From assembly GCA_035373625.1 (NCBI GenBank), contig DAOSNS010000023.1, forward strand, positions 7,890-71,889: 64,000 bases of DNA, written 5' to 3'. Positions within the stretch are counted from its first letter, which is position 1; each line of letters starts with the position of its first letter. Shown here piece by piece: positions 58,501-64,000 of this stretch. The notes beneath the pieces were generated by a model. That model was not told the DNA's origin. It saw nothing but the letters and a program-made list of their open reading frames with translations, and did not search any database. Source of the DNA: Anaerolineae bacterium (GTDB lineage: Bacteria; Chloroflexota; Anaerolineae; B4-G1; SLSP01). A program made the position numbers and the translations under genes.

Positions 58501-61500
58501 GGACATAGCTTCCAACCACATCTTTGCTAACACGGGAGCGCGGGGCGGCGGATTGTATCTCGATGCCAGCGATGCGCGGCTGGTCAATAGTGTCATTGTG
58601 GACAACACCACCAACGACCTGGGCAGTGGCATCTACATCAATGCTTCGTCGCCGCGCATGCTGCACTTGACGATTGCGCGTAATCAGGGTGATGGAGGCA
58701 GTGGCCTGCATCTTACCGGTGACAGTGCCGCGGTCATCACCAATACGGTTCTGCTGAGCCAGACGGTTGGCTTGAATGTGGAAGCGGGCAGTGCGGTGAC
58801 GCTCACAGCCACTTACTGGGGCAACGGTGCCTGGGCCAATGGCGCGGACTGGCTCGGCGCCGGCAGTGTGATCTCGCAACTGAATTACTATGCCGGCGAT
58901 CCGGCCTTTGTGGCACCGCAGGAACAGGACTACCATATCACCGCTGCTTCTGCGCTTATCAACCAGGGGGTGTTGACCGAGATACTGGATGACCTGGAAG
59001 GTTTTCCCCGCGACCGTTGGCCCGACCTGGGCGCCGACGAGTATCGCATGTGCTGGGTGCGTTTGAACGATGACCCCACCGATTATACCGGCGTGCAAGA
59101 GGCCGTGGATGCCGCGCAATCCGGCGATGTCGTGAAAATTGCCGGACGCTGCGGCGGCGTCAGCGCGCGTCCCCGCAATGACCTGGTGACCACGGGGCTG
59201 GTCACGCAGGTCGTGTACCTGACCAAAACGCTGACTCTACAAGGAGGGTATACCGCCACCAACTTTACTCAGGCATATCCTGTGACTCAACCCACGGTTC
59301 TGGACGCGCTCGGCCTCGGACGGGTAGTCTACGTGGCCGCTGGGGCACAGCCTACCCTCTCCGGTTTGCAGTTGATCGGCGGTGACGCTACCGGGCAAGG
59401 TGGCCATCCAACCGCCGATGCCGGTGGAGGTCTCTACGCTGCCCACGCCACGGTTACGGTGGACGCCTGTCAGTTCTATGACAACGTGGCCGATGTGGGT
59501 GGCGGCATCCATGTAGCCCTGGGGCAGGCCGAATTGCGCAATGTCATCATCGCCGACAACCAGGCGCTCACGGGCGGCGCATTGCACATGTGGGAGAGCG
59601 ATCTGCAGGCGCGGCACACGACCCTGGCCCAGAATAACGGCATCGGCGTCTACCTTGAACAGGCCGGCACTGCCTGGTTGACCAACACCATCCTGATCAG
59701 CCATACGATCGGCATCACCGCCACCGATGGCATCACCGCCCGGCTTCAGGCGACGCTCTGGGGCAACGGCCTGGATTGGGATACGGGGAACGCCAATATC
59801 CAGACGGACGCTGATTTCTGGGGCAATCCGGCCTTTGTTGCACCGGCCACCTACGACTATCACTTGCGGGGCGTCTCGGCCGCGATTGACCTGGGCATGG
59901 ATGCCGGCTTGACCGTGGATGGCGATGGTAAGGTGCGTCCTGTCGGCCTGGGCTATGACCTCGGCGCCGATGAGTTCCAGGCCGCTTTCTCCTTAAGCAA
60001 ACATGTGACGCCTTCATTGGTGCTATCGGGCGAGCGTATTACCTATACGCTTGCCCTCACCAATACCGGCTACCTGCCCTTGCAAGTCACCATTGTGGAC
60101 CATTTGCCGGAAGGGGGTTCCCCGCATGGCTCTTTAACCTGGACGCCCTGGCTGGCGCCGGGCGAAGTGTGGACGCAACAACTCCCGGTGGATGTGGAGT
60201 TGGGGTATGTTGGCCCGTTGACGAATACCGCCTTTGCCACCGCTACGCTGGGGATGGTGGCGCAGGCTGAGGCAGTAGCGCAGGCTGCGTTTTCATCCGA
60301 TCTGGCGATTACCAAGACTGCCACGTTGGAAGCTGCGCCGGCAGAATGGGTGACCTATACCCTTGCCTTCCGAAACATTGGCGCAAGCCCGGCGTTCAAC
60401 GTGGTGGTGAGCGATACCTTCCCGACGATGTTGGAGTCGTTAAATGTGACGGCCACACATCCCATCACTGCCCTTGGAGAGGTCCCCTATACCTGGGATT
60501 TGGGGACGCTTGGACCGAACACTGGCGGCTTCATCACAGTAACCGGTCGTGTGCGCACTGGCATATCCGGCGGCACCGCCATTTCGAATACGGCGACAAT
60601 CGCCGGCTTGCTCATCGAAGAGAACACTTCCAACAACGCCAGCGGGCCGGTCACCACCACCGTGTTGAATGTCGCACCGCTGGTCGTACACGATGTCATC
60701 ACCACGGCGGAGGACACCCCCGTGTTGGCGGCTGTGTTGGATAACGACATAGATCTCAACGGCGATACGCTGTCTGTGGTTGCGGTCGGCGCGCCCCAGC
60801 ATGGACAGACGGCCATTCTGACAGCGACGGTGCTGTATACGCCATCCCAGGATTTCTACGGCGCGGATAGCTTTACCTACGTGGTGAGCGATGGTGTGTT
60901 GACCGATACCGGCACGGTAAGTGTGACAATCACGCCGCAGAACGACCCTCCGGTAGCGCTGGACGATGCATACGCCACATTCCGCAATCAACCGCTGAGC
61001 ATCTCCGCGCCGGGGGTGTTGGGGAATGATGCTGATGTGGATGGCGACACGCTGACCGTTACGCTGGTAGATACACCAACGCACGGGACGGCGACGTTGA
61101 ACGCCGATGGCAGCTTCGTCTACACGCCGACGGCGGGCTTCACGGGCGAGGATGCTTTCACCTACCGCGCCTACGATGGTGTGGGCTACTCTGCGCCGGC
61201 GACCGTGAGCATCACGATAACCAATCGCGCGCCGGTGGCGGTGGATGATGCCTATCAGACCTATCGCAATCAACCGTTGAACGTGGCGGCGCCGGGCGTG
61301 CTGGCGAACGACAGCGATGCGGATGGCGACGCGCTGACCGCGGCTCTGGTGAGCGCGCCAACGCATGGGACGGCGACGCTGAACGCCGATGGCAGCTTCG
61401 TCTACACGCCGACGGTGGGCTTCACGGGCGAGGATGCCTTCACCTACTGCGCCGATGACGGGTTGGTATCCTCGAATGTGGCAACGGTGACACTGACGGT

Positions 61501-64000
61501 GACGAACCGCGCGCCGACGGCGGCGGACGACGCCTATCAAACCTATCGTAACCAACAGTTGAGTGTGGCGGCACCGGGCGTGCTGGCGAACGACGGCGAT
61601 GCAGACGGCGATCTGTTGACCGCTGCTCTGGAGAGTGCTCCAACGCACGGAACGGTAACGCTGGTCGCGGATGGCAGTTTCGTCTACACGCCGACGTTTG
61701 GCTTCACCGGTGCGGCTACCTTCATCTATCGTGCCTGCGACGGCGTGGATTGTTCTGCCCCGGCGACGGTGACGATCACAGTAGCAAACCGCGCGCCGAC
61801 GGCGGCGGACGACGCCTATCTGGCGACCACCTACCAGCCGTTGCCCATATTTGCTCCCGGTGTGCTGGAGAATGATGGCGACGCCGACGGCGACCCACTG
61901 ACCGCTGTGTTAGTGGATAATCCCACACGCGGGACGGTGACCCTGAACGCCGATGGCAGCTTCGTTTACACGCCGACGGTGGGCTTCACCGGCGCCATCA
62001 CGTTCACCTATCGTACCTCCGACGGACTGGCGACCTCGAATGTGGCGACGGTGACGATCTCCGTAACCGCCAACGCCTTGCCGGTGGCGGTGGATGATGC
62101 CTACACCACCTTCCGCAACCAACCGTTGAGCGTGGTGGCGCCGGCTGTGCTGGCGAACGATAGTGACGCGGAAAACGACCCATTGATGGCTATCCTGGTG
62201 GCTGCGCCGACGCACGGGACAGCGACGTTGAACGCCAACGGCAGCTTCGTCTACACACCGACTGTGGGCTTCGCAGGCGAGGACACCTTCACCTACCGCG
62301 CCTATGACGGCGTGGGGTACTCCGCTCCGGCAACGGTGACGGTCACAGTAGCCAACCGCGCGCCGGTCGCGGCCGGGGATACCTATCCGGCGACCAGCTA
62401 CCAGCCGTTGCAGATAGCGGCGCCGGGCGTGTTGTCGAACGACAGCGACGCGGACGGCGATACTCTGACGGCCGAGAAGGTGAGCGATCCGGCGCATGGG
62501 ACGGTGGTGTTGGCGGCGGATGGCGGCTTCGTCTACACTGCCGCCCCCGGCTTCAGCGGCGTGGATGCTTTTACCTATCGCGCTTCTGACGGACTGGCGA
62601 CCTCGAATGTGGCGACGGTGATGATCACCGTAACCGCCAACGCCTTGCCGGTGGCGGTGGATGATGCCTACACCACCTTCCGCAACCAACCGTTGAGTGT
62701 GGTGGCGCCGGGTGTGCTGGCAAACGATAGCGACGCGGAAAACGATCCATTGATGGCCATCCTGGTGAGCGCGCCAACGCACGGAACGGCGACGTTGAAC
62801 GCCAACGGCAGCTTCGTCTACACGCCGACGACGGACTTTGTGGGCGAGGATGCTTTCACCTACCGCGCCTATGACGGTGTGGGCTATTCTGCTCCGGCAA
62901 CCGTGACGATCACGGTGACGAACCGCGCGCCGGTCGCGGCCGGGGATATCTATCCGGCGACCAGCTATCAGTCGTTGCAGATAGCGGCGCCGGGCGTGTT
63001 GTCGAACGACAGCGACGCGGACGGCGATACTCTGACGGCCGAGAAGGTGAGCGATCCGGCGCATGGGACGGTGGTGTTGGCGGCGGATGGCGGCTTCGTC
63101 TACACTGCCGCCCCCGGCTTCAGCGGCGTGGATGCTTTTACCTATCGCGCTTCTGACGGACTGGCGACCTCGAATGTGGCGACGGTGATGATCACCGTAA
63201 CCGCCAACGCCTTGCCGGTGGCGGTGGATGATGCCTACGCCACCTTCCGCAACCAACCGTTGAGCGTGGTGGCGCCGGGTGTACTGGCGAACGATAGCGA
63301 CGCGGAAAACGATCCATTGATGGCCATCCTGGTGAGCGCGCCGACGCACGGGACAGCGACGTTGAACGCCGACGGTAGCTTGGTCTACACACCAACGACG
63401 GGCTTTGTGGGCGAGGATGCTTTCACCTACCGCGCCTATGACGGTGTGGGCTACTCTGCCCCGGCGACCGTGACGATCACGGTGACGAACCGCGCGCCGG
63501 TTGCGGCCGGGGATACTTATCCGGCGACCATCTACCAGCCGTTGCAGATAGCGGCGCCGGGCGTGTTGTCGAACGACAGCGACGCGGACGGCGATACTCT
63601 GACGGCCGAGAAGGTGAGCGATCCGGCGCATGGGACGGTGGTGTTGGCGGCGGATGGCGGCTTCGTCTACACTGCCGCCCCCGGCTTCAGCGGCGTGGAT
63701 GCTTTTACCTATCGCGCTTCTGACGGACTGGCGACCTCGAATGTGGCGACGGTGATGATCACCGTAACCGCCAACGCCTTGCCGGTGGCGGTGGATGATG
63801 CCTACACCACCTTCCGCAACCAACCGCTGAACCTGGCGGCGCCGGGTGTGCTGGCGAACGATAGCGACGCGGAAAACGACCCATTGATGGCTATCCTGGT
63901 GAGCGCGCCAACGCACGGGACGGCGACGTTGAACGCCAACGGCAGCTTCGTCTACACGCCGACGGCGGGCTTTGCAGGCGTGGATACTTTCACCTACCGC
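52586..64000 (+). CDS. Giant secreted/cell-surface protein, 5' partial (3805 codons in window, no stop). Order: signal/TM, LamG-like lectin domain, DUF11-like repeats, three parallel beta-helix (Pmp/PbH1-type) modules, then at least 11 tandem ~95-aa cadherin/Ig-like repeats
   Basis: I translated this frame from ATG 52586 (SD GGAG 8 nt upstream) to 64000 without meeting a stop. N-terminus MKTKRQSLEFWKRGLCPVVLGMVLILTFLVW. LamG-like end FHKGDISEVIVFTTPLN. Dozens of GGG(V/I/L)Y beta-helix rungs. Repeats of the form APVAVDDAYTTFRNQPL..VLANDSDA..D.L......P.HGT..LNA.GSF.YTP..GF.G.D.FTYRA.DG. Confidence 0.85.
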   Translation, partial: MKTKRQSLEFWKRGLCPVVLGMVLILTFLVWPSPLLAAGGPGGVGSDGGDSDLRLWLRADKGVYADPACLSPANVGVAVACWSDQSGYGLDVTQADPGLQPVYRSTKLLEFDTDVLTGTQPVQLFATPNSGLSVIIAFKSGVYTQTSVLMNYGSSAALDVDRNLELGYTFGGEGDFGLHRGGGNATVAATTRITAEQPYIFSTVVLTSGLVPTTSVRLYLNGTPAALTALAGGWLTSGTYPTTTVPLDIGARRDGNLPAYPDVAPDAFHKGDISEVIVFTTPLNTAQQTIIENYLSAKYTIPLNVAATKYVHSAYIYDVIGIGKEADGMHTEARGAGLILENGGYLRDVGDYLMAGHRTVVNVWTNASLPAGVSSRWERNWYFDKTDVGDNGGAITLKFDFSEGDIEGEPNGIYVLLGRSGTGGRFRVVQASSYIEGDQVIFPNVVALKDGWSYTLGQASDQYYFLEDSQQPGGPAFNFEDISATGTEIVFSPLVDNGMSGALPLGFSFNFYDVNYSNVYLSTEGFITFLPGQQPSSGTAVPIPTNDVHNGLIAGWWNDLDQRYGGKFYYETRGTAPNRRFIVQYHALPLVGPGGVTSTFQIKLFESSNIIEVHYLNAQTQVNTYALGGIENQSGTSGLQYYYGDANIANLAVRYSRPLFLLEQMVNDPTPRIGDRITYTLILRSNFPVATTEAVVSDTLDAGLVFATEAITVTPPQTFNQLLQGQILRLDGFTLGAGQRITFTIPVTVNTDVVMGDPLLNTALLMHPALSAPRTSEVSIVPDNCWVNLNGAISDQVQPMLDLAAPGDEVKVAGYCLDLSAQWEGVEQVAYISKTLTLRGGYTPADWTTAYPTVTTVLDARGQGRVVFVAPGVTVTLANLYLINGDAFQSGSTQSYGGGVYAANAQLSVQDVQLYDNTALLGGGVYVSGGMLNWTRGAAMTNTASTSGGGIYLTDGVTVWLNGVVLRANGLENSLSTGQGGAGLYALNSTLVLTGQVQLYANTGAYQGGGIYVQNTPLTAQQLIVRENGADRGGGMFVSGGTAQLSDLDVRDNYTWGRSGHGGGLYFLQSSAQISMSQLVSNTANGIGGAIYADRTNVLLVSSVISHNFSQLEGGGVYANNVVSMTLRDNDIVNNRGASGAGLYVNTGTPNLSNNRFVGNQTFVSGNGGGVMLYKTNNAVVVANLLVSNTARYGGGLYLNTDNTAVLTNNQVFFNYASSNGGGLYVRSSNVYVAHNQIMTNTSAGLGGGLYCYGGTPQYVQNTVSFNSTVNGGGGLYCAGGNPKFIENVLEFNTASVAVISYGGGMELDSTSEAQVTGNRLQANSARRGGGLYIRDSGAALVQSNVILSNTANLGGGVYVNSGLSTAGFLSNTIAFNTVSGSDNRGAGAFINGGASPWESNIIYSNTAQLRGGGIYVNTSSATFRNNRIVLNSALNSTDSGGGVYVLGGTVALVGNQILTNTTPGSGGGVYLSTVAAGSTLQQNIFVGNTAARGGGIYIYRGRPVLLGNRVLQNVSTNTTDGGGGIYISSNATQLISLVRNIVQGNQAQGWGGGLYVFSSVQDVFDGNVLFANTAQSDGGGIYLTDTTARLLNTVVADNVSVTGRGGGIYLGSSSVRWLHTTIARNADAYQVGVHLQSGSPVFTNTILISHTIGISVAQGAAVTFNATLWGNDTNASGPGSLVAYGPSVTGNPDFLAPDAGDYRIGPSSAALDAGVPGGVMTDMEGLSRPVHLGYDLGASEYRGTCFVRLNQSSYTYSSIQAAVDASNSPDDVVKVAGTCTGVHAHGALTQTLYLNKPLTLQGGYTLTQWLYSDPVAYPTTVDALSLGRVIYVAEGVTATVRGLRLRGGNAALGGGTNVGGGIYAAQATLTLEDVQIFNNQAANGGGVMADAGTLHLSEVQLFNNTAVNGGGLYADHAALRLARSQIFSNTADYGGGVYVYRSAAAQITRNTFHHNTATSGGGAMYLAQSPVDIASNHIFANTGARGGGLYLDASDARLVNSVIVDNTTNDLGSGIYINASSPRMLHLTIARNQGDGGSGLHLTGDSAAVITNTVLLSQTVGLNVEAGSAVTLTATYWGNGAWANGADWLGAGSVISQLNYYAGDPAFVAPQEQDYHITAASALINQGVLTEILDDLEGFPRDRWPDLGADEYRMCWVRLNDDPTDYTGVQEAVDAAQSGDVVKIAGRCGGVSARPRNDLVTTGLVTQVVYLTKTLTLQGGYTATNFTQAYPVTQPTVLDALGLGRVVYVAAGAQPTLSGLQLIGGDATGQGGHPTADAGGGLYAAHATVTVDACQFYDNVADVGGGIHVALGQAELRNVIIADNQALTGGALHMWESDLQARHTTLAQNNGIGVYLEQAGTAWLTNTILISHTIGITATDGITARLQATLWGNGLDWDTGNANIQTDADFWGNPAFVAPATYDYHLRGVSAAIDLGMDAGLTVDGDGKVRPVGLGYDLGADEFQAAFSLSKHVTPSLVLSGERITYTLALTNTGYLPLQVTIVDHLPEGGSPHGSLTWTPWLAPGEVWTQQLPVDVELGYVGPLTNTAFATATLGMVAQAEAVAQAAFSSDLAITKTATLEAAPAEWVTYTLAFRNIGASPAFNVVVSDTFPTMLESLNVTATHPITALGEVPYTWDLGTLGPNTGGFITVTGRVRTGISGGTAISNTATIAGLLIEENTSNNASGPVTTTVLNVAPLVVHDVITTAEDTPVLAAVLDNDIDLNGDTLSVVAVGAPQHGQTAILTATVLYTPSQDFYGADSFTYVVSDGVLTDTGTVSVTITPQNDPPVALDDAYATFRNQPLSISAPGVLGNDADVDGDTLTVTLVDTPTHGTATLNADGSFVYTPTAGFTGEDAFTYRAYDGVGYSAPATVSITITNRAPVAVDDAYQTYRNQPLNVAAPGVLANDSDADGDALTAALVSAPTHGTATLNADGSFVYTPTVGFTGEDAFTYCADDGLVSSNVATVTLTVTNRAPTAADDAYQTYRNQQLSVAAPGVLANDGDADGDLLTAALESAPTHGTVTLVADGSFVYTPTFGFTGAATFIYRACDGVDCSAPATVTITVANRAPTAADDAYLATTYQPLPIFAPGVLENDGDADGDPLTAVLVDNPTRGTVTLNADGSFVYTPTVGFTGAITFTYRTSDGLATSNVATVTISVTANALPVAVDDAYTTFRNQPLSVVAPAVLANDSDAENDPLMAILVAAPTHGTATLNANGSFVYTPTVGFAGEDTFTYRAYDGVGYSAPATVTVTVANRAPVAAGDTYPATSYQPLQIAAPGVLSNDSDADGDTLTAEKVSDPAHGTVVLAADGGFVYTAAPGFSGVDAFTYRASDGLATSNVATVMITVTANALPVAVDDAYTTFRNQPLSVVAPGVLANDSDAENDPLMAILVSAPTHGTATLNANGSFVYTPTTDFVGEDAFTYRAYDGVGYSAPATVTITVTNRAPVAAGDIYPATSYQSLQIAAPGVLSNDSDADGDTLTAEKVSDPAHGTVVLAADGGFVYTAAPGFSGVDAFTYRASDGLATSNVATVMITVTANALPVAVDDAYATFRNQPLSVVAPGVLANDSDAENDPLMAILVSAPTHGTATLNADGSLVYTPTTGFVGEDAFTYRAYDGVGYSAPATVTITVTNRAPVAAGDTYPATIYQPLQIAAPGVLSNDSDADGDTLTAEKVSDPAHGTVVLAADGGFVYTAAPGFSGVDAFTYRASDGLATSNVATVMITVTANALPVAVDDAYTTFRNQPLNLAAPGVLANDSDAENDPLMAILVSAPTHGTATLNANGSFVYTPTAGFAGVDTFTYR
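54938..59977 (+). repeat. Three paralogous beta-helix modules inside the giant ORF (54938-57810, 57821-59044, 59051-59977)
   Basis: Each starts C(W/F)V(N/R)LN...D.VK(V/I)AG.C...LTL(R/Q)GGYT and ends Y(D)LGA(S/D)E(Y/F). Confidence 0.75.
60670..64000 (+). repeat. Tandem ~285-bp (95-aa) coding repeats; from 62079 onward organised as a 567-bp A+B higher-order repeat
   Basis: CCGGTGGCGGTGGATGATGCCTAC recurs at 62081, 62648, 63215 and 63782 (spacing 567). The 261-nt block 62411-62671 is identical to 62978-63238 and 63545-63805. Confidence 0.9.

Noticed and set aside
60440-63916. 402-aa and 668-aa minus-strand ORFs (RRHIRGRQSV... repeats)
   Set aside because: They are shadow frames of the GC-rich tandem coding repeats of the giant plus-strand gene. 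Their periodicity mirrors the 285/567-bp repeat and the sequence is Arg/His/Gly-rich nonsense.

Overview
GC-rich, densely coding bacterial chromosomal segment with about 50 protein genes and one tRNA-Lys. A Chlor_Arch_YYY-type membrane protein, Pro/Thr-linker exoproteins and HrcA/CIRCE heat-shock control suggest a Chloroflexota-like organism; this is inference only. The first ~52 kb is mainly housekeeping. It holds the S1-domain/ftsK/GTPase/comEA block, punA, xerD, gmk, rpsA-infA, a vapBC-like TA pair, hrcA-grpE-dnaJ-prmA behind a perfect CIRCE operator, kdgK-eda, rnhB, glycosyltransferases and rfbD. It also holds two secreted clan GH-A glycosidases, an M1 peptidase, and a second chaperone operon (TPR protein, J-domain protein, GrpE-like, Hsp70-like). 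The last 11.4 kb (52586 to the window end) is the 5' part of one giant surface-protein gene of more than 3805 codons. That gene is missing from the supplied ORF track because it has no stop codon in the window; the long minus-strand ORFs listed there are antisense shadows. The most unusual sequence-level property is repeat architecture. There is a 39-bp palindrome-bearing tandem array abutting a ribosome-binding site. At least a dozen heptamer/octamer short tandem repeat tracts sit at gene boundaries or in frame inside genes. There is also a 173-bp tandem duplication of the eda 5' end, a dispersed ~66-nt intergenic element, and a 567-bp higher-order repeat with 261-nt perfectly identical blocks inside the giant gene. 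No rRNA, CRISPR array, transposase or prophage was seen. All functional calls rest on motifs I recognised by eye in the translations; no database search was run.
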